Source: a bacterium (GTDB lineage: Bacteria; Babelota; Babeliae; Babelales; RVW-14). Taken from it: a DNA stretch of 23,506 nucleotides. Shown piece after piece: positions 15,716-23,506 of this stretch (position 1 is the first letter of the stretch; every line of letters starts with the position of its first letter). Both the position numbers and the translations under genes were made by a program. The stretch is from contig JBDRBF010000052.1 of NCBI GenBank assembly GCA_043822925.1, positions 1 to 23,506 of the forward strand. The letters run 5' to 3'. Below the pieces are notes generated by a model. That model searched no databases. It had not been told where the DNA came from and saw only the letters and a program-made list of their open reading frames with translations.

Positions 15716-17524
15716 TTAATAATTACTTAAATTTTCTGTGTTTATTTTATAGTTGTGCCACAAAGCTGCATATACCCCATTAAGTATTAATAAAGATTGA
15801 TGTGTGCCCCGTTCAGTAATCAAGCCATGATTAAGCACAAGTATTTCATCTGCGTGAATTACTGTTGAAAGGCGATGGGCAATAATAAGTGTTGTTGCTC
15901 CAGTAAAAATTTCTTCAATATTGCGTTGAATTTCTTGTTCGGTGTGCGTATCAAGCGAAGATGTTGCTTCATCAAAAATATAAATTGCTGGCCGCTTGAG
16001 CAGGACTCGTGCAATCGCAACGCGCTGTTTTTCGCCACCTGATAATTTAAGTCCTCGTTCCCCAACCATCGTATTATATCCATCAGGCAGAGTTTTAATA
16101 AATTCGTCTAAATGTGAAAGTTTTATTGCGTGCTCGACTTCTTGTTGTGATGCAGTCGGACGCCCATATGCTACGTTGTAATACAGCGTATTATTAAAAA
16201 GAACGGTGTCCTGCGGAACAACGCCAATGGCGGCATGAAGTGATTGCTGCGTAATGTTACGTATATCATGTCCATTAATTAAAATACGCCCATTGCTCAC
16301 ATCATAAAAGCGAAATAATAATCGAGCGATGGTAGATTTGCCTGTCCCTGTTGGGCCAACTATTGCGACTGTTTTGCCCGCGGGGATAGTAAAAGATATA
16401 TCGTTAAATATTTGACGCTGTTTATCATAACTAAAAGCAACGGTATCAAAAGTAATATCAAAAGTAGTTATTGCGTTATTAATCTTAAGCTCTATCGCGT
16501 CAGGTGCATCTTGAATTTCTGGCTTTAATGTTATTAACTCAATAATACCGTTCATGTCATTTAAGCCATTGCGTACTTGCCGTAAAATATAACCAAACTG
16601 ATGAAGGGGCATGGCAAATTGCAAAAGATATCCATTAATTAAAACGAAATCACCAATATTCATGCGCCCAGAAATTACCGCATTGCCAGAGATTAATGTT
16701 ACATAAAGAAGGCCCAGTCCGATCACAATTCCTTGGCCAAGTTGGACAAAAGCATCAGCAAAATCTTTTGATGTTCCCGCATTTTCTTGTTCCTGCAAGA
16801 TTTTATCACATTGTTCATGGTCATGGCGCTCGTTATTAAAGTATTTTACTGTTTCAAAATTTAATAAACTATCAACAATGCGTGCGCTTGCGTGAGATCT
16901 TTTTTCATTATAAAAATTCTGTTTTTTTGCTGAACGATTTATAGCAAGAACACTAAACACCAAATAACAGATCATGATAAGCAAAAGCACGCCGCTATAA
17001 AAAATGCCATAAAAATAGGTTAACAAAGAGATTACCAAAAACATTTCTATTGATGTTGGCAGTATAAATAATAATAATCCCCAAAAAATAGTTTCAAATC
17101 CAAATTGTGCACGCTCAATTGAACTTGTCACGGCTCCGGTGCGTCGTTCTAAATGAAAACGTAAACAAAGGGCGTGCAATTGATCAAATATGCGTAAGCT
17201 TAGAACTCTTGTTCCGCGTTCTAGCGCTTGGAACATTAATATTGAGCGCAATTGAGATACAATCTGACTTATGGTCCACAAAGAACCATAAAGTAGCAGC
17301 GCTGCGTGAACAATAGCATATGAGCTTTTGGCTGGCGCTGAAAGAATGTTAATAATATTTTTAAATATGAGCGGGATACTTACATTTAAGGCGATCATAA
17401 TAATTGTGAGACACAATGATAACCATATGCTTATCTGTATTTTACGGTCTTTGACCCAAAGAAACGGTAGGAGTTCAATAAATATTTTTAACGTCTTAAA
17501 GCGAGATTCGCTATTTTTTTTCAT
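15716..17524 (-). CDS. ABC exporter, fused permease/ATPase, ATM1/HMT1-like (ABCB) family
   Basis: TM domain with FHLERRTGA and DSLLNFETVKYF (ATM1-type), GPTGTGKS, VVPQDTVLFN, LSGGEKQR, DEATSSLD, IAHRLST. Start 17524 (MKKNSE) preferred; 17587 possible. Confidence 0.9.
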   Translation of the reverse strand: MKKNSESRFKTLKIFIELLPFLWVKDRKIQISIWLSLCLTIIMIALNVSIPLIFKNIINILSAPAKSSYAIVHAALLLYGSLWTISQIVSQLRSILMFQALERGTRVLSLRIFDQLHALCLRFHLERRTGAVTSSIERAQFGFETIFWGLLLFILPTSIEMFLVISLLTYFYGIFYSGVLLLIMICYLVFSVLAINRSAKKQNFYNEKRSHASARIVDSLLNFETVKYFNNERHDHEQCDKILQEQENAGTSKDFADAFVQLGQGIVIGLGLLYVTLISGNAVISGRMNIGDFVLINGYLLQFAMPLHQFGYILRQVRNGLNDMNGIIELITLKPEIQDAPDAIELKINNAITTFDITFDTVAFSYDKQRQIFNDISFTIPAGKTVAIVGPTGTGKSTIARLLFRFYDVSNGRILINGHDIRNITQQSLHAAIGVVPQDTVLFNNTLYYNVAYGRPTASQQEVEHAIKLSHLDEFIKTLPDGYNTMVGERGLKLSGGEKQRVAIARVLLKRPAIYIFDEATSSLDTHTEQEIQRNIEEIFTGATTLIIAHRLSTVIHADEILVLNHGLITERGTHQSLLILNGVYAALWHNYKINTENLSNY

Positions 17525-17644
17525 GTTTTTTTCATGTTTATTTTTTTGTTTTTTGTTATTAAATTTATGAAATTCGGGCCTGAGCATAGCAGGAGTTTTG
17601 TTCGAATGCTACTTGCTATTTTAAAGAGTGAGTACTTTTTGGCC

Positions 17645-19102
17645 CTAGCCCTTAACGACGGCGCATGGGCGTAGGCGGGCAACAGGTCTGGCAATGCCTG
17701 CTTGCTGAACGACGCTAATAACGTCATCGATATTTTTGTATGCTTGTGGTGCTTCTTCAGCCAGATCTTTTAGCGATTCGACTTGTATTTGTATGCCTGA
17801 TTTATTTAGGCTTTCTTTGAGCTCATAACTATTAATAGATTTTTGGGCAGCAGTGCGTGACATGCGCCTGCCTGCGCCGTGACAGGTCGAGCCAAAAGAT
17901 ATATTCATGCCTTCTTGTGTGCCGACAAGTACATAAGAAGCTGTGCCCATGCTGCCGGGAATAATAACCGGCTGGCCAGTTGCTCTATATTCTTCGACGA
18001 TTTCTGGATGTCCGGGGCCAAACGCGCGCGTTGCCCCTTTGCGGTGCATGATAACCGTTTTTTGTTTGCCATTAATTTGGTGGTTTTCTATTTTTGCAAT
18101 ATTATGTGCGACGTCATATAAAAGCGATAAATTTGCGTCAGTATTGTCTTTGCCGAATACTTCTGCAAAAGCTTGGCGCACGCGCCAGGTGATCATCTGT
18201 CTGTTTGCCCAGGCGTAATTTGCGCCACACGCCATAGCATCGAAATAGTCTTTGCCCTCTGGGCTATTAAATGGCACACAGGTGAGTTCTTTTTCTGGGG
18301 GCGTAATGCCATAATTTTGCATAATTTGGGTCATAATTTTTATATGATCTGTTGCTATTTGGTGCCCCAGGCCGCGCGATCCGGTATGTATAAGCACAAC
18401 TATTTGGTTTTTGTGTAGTCCAAATACACCTGCAGCTTGTTCGTCATATATTTCGTCAATAATATCGACTTCAATAAAATGGTTACCTGACCCGAGTGTG
18501 CCGAGCTGATCGTACCCACGTTCTTTGGCTTGCTTAGAAACTTTATCTGGATCAGCGTTACTCAAACAACCAAAAGATTCTGTGTAGTGCATATCGCTTT
18601 GCTCTCCGTAGCCTTCTTTTATGGGCCAGTTTATACCTGTTCTTAATACAGCATCTAAGTTTTTTGCTGAGAGTTTTAGTGACCCGCCCCTTCCTACTCC
18701 TGACGGTACCCAATTATATAATTTTTGGGCCAGCAATTCTGTCTTATCTTTTATATCGTTAATATTTAAATTTGAGCGCAATAAACGCACGCCGCAATTA
18801 ATATCGTATCCAATGCCACCAGGTGAAATAACGCCGCTCGGGAATTCAGTTGCTGCTACACCGCCAATGGGAAACCCGTAGCCTTCGTGCGCGTCTGGCA
18901 TAGCTTGAGCTGTTCCAATAATTCCAGGTAACATTGTTATGTTGGCAAGTTGTGCGAGTGTTTTGTCAGCAAGAATATCTGTGAGCATTTGTTCTGTTGC
19001 GTATATACGTGCTGGAGCGAGCATGCCCGGAACAGCCCCTATGGGCAACTCCCAAATTACGGGAGAGATTTTTTTGAGCATTTCTTTTGTGATAGTAATC
19101 AT
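17645..19102 (-). CDS. rtcB: RNA-splicing/repair ligase RtcB
   Basis: MPDAHEGYGFPIG, GYDINCG, GTLGSGNHF, HTGSRG, DVAHN, HRKGAT, PGSMG, HGAGR, C-terminal VKG. Confidence 0.96.
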   Translation of the reverse strand: MITITKEMLKKISPVIWELPIGAVPGMLAPARIYATEQMLTDILADKTLAQLANITMLPGIIGTAQAMPDAHEGYGFPIGGVAATEFPSGVISPGGIGYDINCGVRLLRSNLNINDIKDKTELLAQKLYNWVPSGVGRGGSLKLSAKNLDAVLRTGINWPIKEGYGEQSDMHYTESFGCLSNADPDKVSKQAKERGYDQLGTLGSGNHFIEVDIIDEIYDEQAAGVFGLHKNQIVVLIHTGSRGLGHQIATDHIKIMTQIMQNYGITPPEKELTCVPFNSPEGKDYFDAMACGANYAWANRQMITWRVRQAFAEVFGKDNTDANLSLLYDVAHNIAKIENHQINGKQKTVIMHRKGATRAFGPGHPEIVEEYRATGQPVIIPGSMGTASYVLVGTQEGMNISFGSTCHGAGRRMSRTAAQKSINSYELKESLNKSGIQIQVESLKDLAEEAPQAYKNIDDVISVVQQAGIARPVARLRPCAVVKG

Positions 19103-19247
19103 AAATATATCCTACGATTTTTGTGGTCTAAAAAAAAACAAAAGTGTATCAGGAATCTCTGTGTTATTTTTTTTAGAATTGCATGGCGTGCTGGTATATT
19201 TTGTAAGATTATCGCGAGATGAGCGATTTGTAAGCTTAAAAATAAAA

Positions 19248-19277
19248 CAGGGCATGATTTTTTAAGATCATGCCCTG
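19248..19277 (-). terminator. Intrinsic terminator after the paralog array
   Basis: CAGGGCATGAT / ATCATGCCCTG stem; followed by a T-tract on the minus strand. Confidence 0.65.
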
Positions 19278-19307
19278 AGTTTTAGTTGCGATTTATTTAT
19301 AAACTAT

Positions 19308-20234
19308 CTATTTTGTGCTTTTTTCGTGCTCAATTATTTTAGTATATTTTACTTGGTCTGGAGATTCAGTTGGTTTTTGCGGGAATTTTTTTGGATCTAA
19401 AATTACTTTTTGAAAGAGTAAGAAAGAAATAATCGCTGCATCTATTGTTTTATAGCAAAGATCTTGTATATCAATGGCTGGTTTAGTGACTGTTTCATTG
19501 GGTCTTATTGAGTTGTAAAAAGTGCAAGAACAGGCAGTATTTGTATTTATGGTCTTTGATTTAATAACCCATTGGTCTACGTTTTTCAGATAAGCCAGAG
19601 TTTCTTCTGGTGTTTGTGTATGTTCTATTTTAAAATTGTTTTGTTGAAATATGAAATTTTTTTGTATTAACTCGAAGAGATTTGGATACCTAATAAAAAA
19701 ATTGTAACATTGTAATGCATGCAGTATCGATGGCTTTTTTATAGTTATTGATATGCACTCGTCGGCGGTTTTTTTTAAGATGAACGAGATGTTTAAGTCA
19801 TAATTTAAATTGTTTTTGAAAATATCCACATTTTTTAAAAGACTCATAAAAAGATCTTGCGATATTCTATTTTCGATTGCCAGTTGAAAGAGTCTATCAA
19901 ACAATGATGTTCCATCGTAATTTAGTTGTGTTTTGATTTTTTTATATTTTTTTATTGCAGTTGATATTGTTTTTAAATTTTGTTTTTCGAATCCATCAAG
20001 AAGTTGTGTTTCTAGTTTTTTAATCTTTTTAGGTAATTTAGTTTTATTTTGATTTAAGATTGTTGGTGAGTTATGTGTTATATTGCTACGTTTAGTTAAC
20101 AGGTCTTTGTCTGTGATGATGGTTAGTTGTAGTTTTTTGCTCATAGCGTGCGCGTTGAAACATGTTAAAAATAAAACAACACAGAGAAGCGAAAGTGTTG
20201 AGATTTTTTTGGATAATAGTTTGAATAGTTTCAC
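19308..20234 (-). CDS. Hypothetical secreted protein, paralog family (domain B only)
   Basis: Signal MKLFKLLSKK...AHA|M; aligns by eye with the C-terminal half of 21032-22576 (GFEK, LF.LA, KPSILHALQ). Confidence 0.8.
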   Translation of the reverse strand: MKLFKLLSKKISTLSLLCVVLFLTCFNAHAMSKKLQLTIITDKDLLTKRSNITHNSPTILNQNKTKLPKKIKKLETQLLDGFEKQNLKTISTAIKKYKKIKTQLNYDGTSLFDRLFQLAIENRISQDLFMSLLKNVDIFKNNLNYDLNISFILKKTADECISITIKKPSILHALQCYNFFIRYPNLFELIQKNFIFQQNNFKIEHTQTPEETLAYLKNVDQWVIKSKTINTNTACSCTFYNSIRPNETVTKPAIDIQDLCYKTIDAAIISFLLFQKVILDPKKFPQKPTESPDQVKYTKIIEHEKSTK

Positions 20235-20258
20235 GGCATAACCCTTTTTTAGTACGTA

Positions 20259-21035
20259 TTAATTAATTAATATATTTAGTATTTCATCAAGTTCTAAGTA
20301 GTTTGCATTGTATTTAGTTTTTTTTATCTGGTCGTAAAATATAACAGAGCATTTAGCGTTAATTCTTATTTGAGATGATTTAAGTAAATTTTCGATGTAA
20401 TTAAAGTAATCGAGATTTTCTGGTGTTGGAGCTTTTTTAGTACAATAAAAATAATAGTTTTTATTGATTACAAAAGCATGCAATAAATTTGCGTTGAGTA
20501 TCTGACAAGGTTGTTTGATGTTTAAGTTTAGGTTTTTTTTTGTTGCATGAATATCGATTCCCAGATTATCTTTTTCTTGTAAAAGATAAAGAAAGATTTC
20601 TGGTGAAACGTATAACTCTAATGCATCAAATAGGATAGAATTAAAAGTGGCAGAGCAAAGTTGAGGGTTGTTTTTTGTATCGACTTCTTTGCTTTTTTTT
20701 TCGATTTTTTTAATGATTTGGATTGCTTCTTCGGTGTTTTGAATTAAAAAAGCATCGCGTAATTCTTCTTTTAATTTTAGGTCTACTTTATTAATTAAAG
20801 CTAAGTTTAGTTTTGGTAAATCTTCTGGCTTTTTATATGGATATTCTTCTATTTCATCTTCATCTTCTATATCTGGAATATCTCTGAATTTATAGTCAGA
20901 GTTTTTATCAGGATTTTCAGTCGGCGTGTTAACTGGTTTTTTTATGGCTTGTGCGTCGAAACATGTTAAAAATAAAACAGCATAGAGAAGCGAAAATACT
21001 GAGATTTTTTTGGATAATAATTTGAAGGTGATCAT
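20259..21035 (-). CDS. Hypothetical secreted protein, paralog family (domain A only)
   Basis: Signal ..FKLLSKKIS...AQA; aligns with the N-terminal half of 21032-22576 (LF.ALE.YV, LLHAF, KC.V.FY). Confidence 0.8.
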   Translation of the reverse strand: MITFKLLSKKISVFSLLYAVLFLTCFDAQAIKKPVNTPTENPDKNSDYKFRDIPDIEDEDEIEEYPYKKPEDLPKLNLALINKVDLKLKEELRDAFLIQNTEEAIQIIKKIEKKSKEVDTKNNPQLCSATFNSILFDALELYVSPEIFLYLLQEKDNLGIDIHATKKNLNLNIKQPCQILNANLLHAFVINKNYYFYCTKKAPTPENLDYFNYIENLLKSSQIRINAKCSVIFYDQIKKTKYNANYLELDEILNILIN

Positions 21036-22576
21036 ATGATACTCCTGAACGTTTGGTTGCTATTTGGCCATTGCTCAGAATCTGGAATAACTTTGCCATA
21101 ATGAAAGAAAGAGTAGAGGGCCAGGCCTATTTCATTGGGGTAAAGGTTGTGGGAGTCGAGCATTTCTTCGTTTGTGTTTGTAGGTTTGATTTCCGGATGA
21201 GTTGGAAGCGTGCTGGTTTTATAAAAAATACAGGGACATTTTTCTTTGGTTGTTTTAAGTGTTAGTTGGTTTTTTTTAAACCATTTAGTAAGCCATTTTT
21301 CAACATAATCGTTGTAGTATTTGTAACTATGGGAATTTCTATCTGGTTTAGATATATTAACGTGGCATGGAGCATAGATAAGAGGGCATTTTTGTTTTAA
21401 ATTTTCAAAAGCGTAACTAAAGTTTGTGCAAAATCTATAATATTGTAATGCGTGTAAAATTGATGGTTTATTTAGGGAGATGGATCCAATGTCGTCACCG
21501 TCATTATCGAGTATGATAATGCGTAGATCATAAGTGAGCGGTGCGCTAAAACTTGGAATTTCGTTTAAAAGGCGTAAAAATAGTTCTCTTGGTGCTTGAT
21601 ACTTTAATGCGAGATAAAAAAGTTTATCACAGATAGATGGTGTACTTAACCTGCTTGGTCTGTTTTGTTGTTCGAATTCGGTGATGCTTGTTGCTATTAT
21701 ATCAAAATCGTGTTTTTCAAAGCCTGTGATAAGTGTTTCAATAAGTTTGAATTGTTTACTTAAAATTTTATTAAGTTGCTTATATGTGACGTTTGTTTTG
21801 GTTGTATTGTGATTATTATAAAAAGTGACGGTGCATTTTTCGTTAAGATTAACATGTTTTTTTAGTTTTTTTTGGATTAAAGCAAGGTCTTGGATTATTT
21901 GATCGTTTATTTCGATGGATTTTAGATTTGCTTGGTGTAAATAAGATCTTGAATAGAGTGTGAATGCGTGCAGTAAACTTGCGTTTTCAATAGAGCAAAA
22001 AATAGTATCATCCAGTTGTAATACAAGATCTTTTGTTTTATCTATGCAGATGTTCAGATTATCTCGATTTTTTAGGAGATAGTTAAAAACATCGTAAGGG
22101 ACATATGCTTCTAGTGCGTAAAATAAAGCGTTATCAAAGAAGTTTTTGCACCGTTGCGAATCGTATTTTTTATCAATAAAATTTATTGTGGTGGCAATTT
22201 TTTTGATTTCCTGGATAGCATATATGCTGTTTTTTTGCTCGCTACTTGTTCCTAGTATTTCTAAGAATCTTATTTCTAATTTTTCAATTTCTAACCATGG
22301 TTCTTCTTGGACGCGCATTATTGGCTGGCCTGATTTTTTGCACAGTTCTTTGTATTTTTCTTTAGGTGTCGTGCTTAAGCTGGGATGTTCTCTTAAGCTG
22401 GGATGTTCTCTTTTGAGATATTTAATTTGTTTAGCTAATGCGTTTAACTTTTTTAATTTAATTAATAGTTGTTCTTTCATGCCTAATGCTTGGGGTGCAA
22501 GAAAAAAACTATTGATAATAAAAAGAGCACAGGCCAGGAGAGATCTTTTTTTGGATAATAGTTTGAATAGTTTCAT
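21032..22576 (-). CDS. Hypothetical secreted protein, paralog family (domains A+B)
   Basis: Signal MKLFKLLSKK; two related internal domains; AAAAAAAGGGGG RBS. Confidence 0.8.
   Translation of the reverse strand: MKLFKLLSKKRSLLACALFIINSFFLAPQALGMKEQLLIKLKKLNALAKQIKYLKREHPSLREHPSLSTTPKEKYKELCKKSGQPIMRVQEEPWLEIEKLEIRFLEILGTSSEQKNSIYAIQEIKKIATTINFIDKKYDSQRCKNFFDNALFYALEAYVPYDVFNYLLKNRDNLNICIDKTKDLVLQLDDTIFCSIENASLLHAFTLYSRSYLHQANLKSIEINDQIIQDLALIQKKLKKHVNLNEKCTVTFYNNHNTTKTNVTYKQLNKILSKQFKLIETLITGFEKHDFDIIATSITEFEQQNRPSRLSTPSICDKLFYLALKYQAPRELFLRLLNEIPSFSAPLTYDLRIIILDNDGDDIGSISLNKPSILHALQYYRFCTNFSYAFENLKQKCPLIYAPCHVNISKPDRNSHSYKYYNDYVEKWLTKWFKKNQLTLKTTKEKCPCIFYKTSTLPTHPEIKPTNTNEEMLDSHNLYPNEIGLALYSFFHYGKVIPDSEQWPNSNQTFRSII
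22374..22412. repeat. In-frame 18-bp tandem duplication (REHPSL x2)
   Basis: CTTAAGCTGGGATGTTCT repeated twice exactly. Confidence 0.9.
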
Positions 22577-22600
22577 GATATAACCCCCTTTTTTTAACTT

Positions 22601-22709
22601 GTCATCCTGAATTCGATTCAGGATCCAATCTATTTTAAATAACTAAGGGGCCCCATTTTGGCCCCTTAGAAAATAATGGCTTGGATCTCAGATCTCGTCT
22701 GGGATGATA
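22601..22709. repeat. Type-C palindromic doublet enclosing a central hairpin
   Basis: GTCATCCTGAATTCGATTCAGGATCCA (22601-22627) ... TGGATCTCAGATCTCGTCTGGGATGATA (22682-22709), with CTAAGGGGCC/GGCCCCTTAG (22643-22669) between them. Confidence 0.7.
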
Positions 22710-22717
22710 AATAACTT

Positions 22718-23260
22718 TTACCAGCCCTGTAATGGCACACGGTTAGGACAGAGTGGACAGAACTTAGCACTTAACGGTTGTACGTGTGAACATTGAGGAC
22801 AAAATTTTTGTTTTATTAATCTTGAACCACATTGGGAGCAGCTCCGTGCACCAAGTGCTTTTTCTTTACATTCGCATTTTGGGCAATACATGGCCATGCT
22901 TTTACGTAAAGTGCGGTTTTCGCATTCTAGGTCATTAATTTGAGCTTGTCGTACGGCTACTTTACGGTGAATAGCTTCTTTTTCTTTTTTATCACTTTCG
23001 TCCATGGCGTTACCAATCAGTCCACCAACACCGGCCCCAATTAAAGCTCCAAGGCCTCGGTCGCGTTTGCCTGCAGCAAGTGCTCCAATTGTTCCACCAC
23101 CAACAGTTCCCATTACGGCGCTTTTACCACAGTTGGATAAAAACATAATTAAACAGAGCGGTGATATTGTCATAATAAAGATAGAAATCGTTTTTACAAA
23201 AGCGTTGCTGGTTATTATCATATTTTTTTCGATAATATTCTTGGCCTTTTTCCCGTTCAT
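22718..23260 (-). CDS. Glycine-zipper protein (probable lipoprotein) with coiled coil and C-terminal double zinc ribbon
   Basis: LCLIMFLSNC possible lipobox; GTVGGGTIGALAAG..GALIGAGVGGLIG; four CxxC pairs (CPKC, CSQC, CPQC, CPLC). Start codon uncertain. Confidence 0.75.
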   Translation of the reverse strand: MNGKKAKNIIEKNMIITSNAFVKTISIFIMTISPLCLIMFLSNCGKSAVMGTVGGGTIGALAAGKRDRGLGALIGAGVGGLIGNAMDESDKKEKEAIHRKVAVRQAQINDLECENRTLRKSMAMYCPKCECKEKALGARSCSQCGSRLIKQKFCPQCSHVQPLSAKFCPLCPNRVPLQGW

Positions 23261-23321
23261 AAAATCCCCATGATTTGAGTAGACAACCTAAATACTCTAT
23301 TTGTAAATTTATAACACAATT

Positions 23322-23350
23322 AGCGTACCCAATGCGTTTGTTTTTGTCAA
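23322..23350 (-). promoter_or_regulatory. Putative sigma70 promoter for the glycine-zipper/zinc-ribbon gene
   Basis: TTGACA - 17 nt - TACGCT on the minus strand. Confidence 0.5.
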
Positions 23351-23392
23351 CGAAGAATTGCACAAAAGTGTTACAGCAAAGTGATAACTTCC

Positions 23393-23506
23393 GGTCTTAG
23401 CGCAAACTAAAAAGTTCCGGTTTTGGTAAGATGATGGGGTAAAACAAATCCTTCATCAAAACCAAAACAGGAACTTCTATGGGAAAGATTATCATGTCCA
23501 AACGAG
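23393..23506 (+). mobile_element. Possible left end of an insertion sequence with the start of an ORF (MGKIIMSKR...)
   Basis: GGTCTTAGCGCAAACT resembles GG..GCAAA terminal IRs of IS6/IS5-type elements; a long hairpin (23412-23476) buries the AGGA RBS of an ATG at 23479. The window ends before any transposase motif. Confidence 0.3.

Noticed and set aside
17645-19102. RtcB as a lasso self-resistance (RNA repair) gene
   Set aside because: Only proximity supports it; the linkage is more simply explained by insertion at the rtcB 3' end.
17521-19265. Short ORFs overlapping rtcB and the ABC gene start (e.g. 17521-17727, 17879-18121, 18621-18881, 18939-19265)
   Set aside because: Alternate-frame or antisense shadows of well-supported genes.

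Overview
AT-rich bacterial chromosome segment. The gene content (WD40 and other signal-peptide 'orphan' proteins, a membrane/secreted MutS-domain-V ATPase, AAAAAGGGG-type ribosome-binding sites) suggests a protist-associated bacterium such as Babeliae/Dependentiae (TM6); this is inference only. The left part is housekeeping: partial trxB, alpha/beta hydrolase, HIT protein, tRNA-Leu(CAA), rpsU, rbfA, kdsD, prepilin peptidase plus type IV pilin, sufC, an AAA-PD-(D/E)xK protein, a glycine-zipper lipoprotein and a WD40 protein. The main discovery is a complete lasso-peptide (RiPP) operon on the minus strand. It comprises a 57-aa precursor missed by the ORF track (12912-13085; predicted core GGPQGNFMEIRGRSRR, Gly1-Glu9 ring, Arg-rich tail), a fused RRE-peptidase B and an asparagine-synthetase-like cyclase C. 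The operon lies, with a MutS-like ATPase and an ATM1-type ABC exporter, in a ~7.6-kb block bounded by the 3' end of rtcB and a decayed, internally deleted second copy of that 3' end (32 bp identical). This looks like an integrase-less island inserted at rtcB. The right part has a tandem family of secreted proteins in an AB / A / B domain arrangement, a glycine-zipper/double-zinc-ribbon protein and a probable IS left end at the window edge. Several families of small palindromic REP-like elements occur throughout, including nested copies, a tRNA-abutting copy and a possible in-frame coding insertion.
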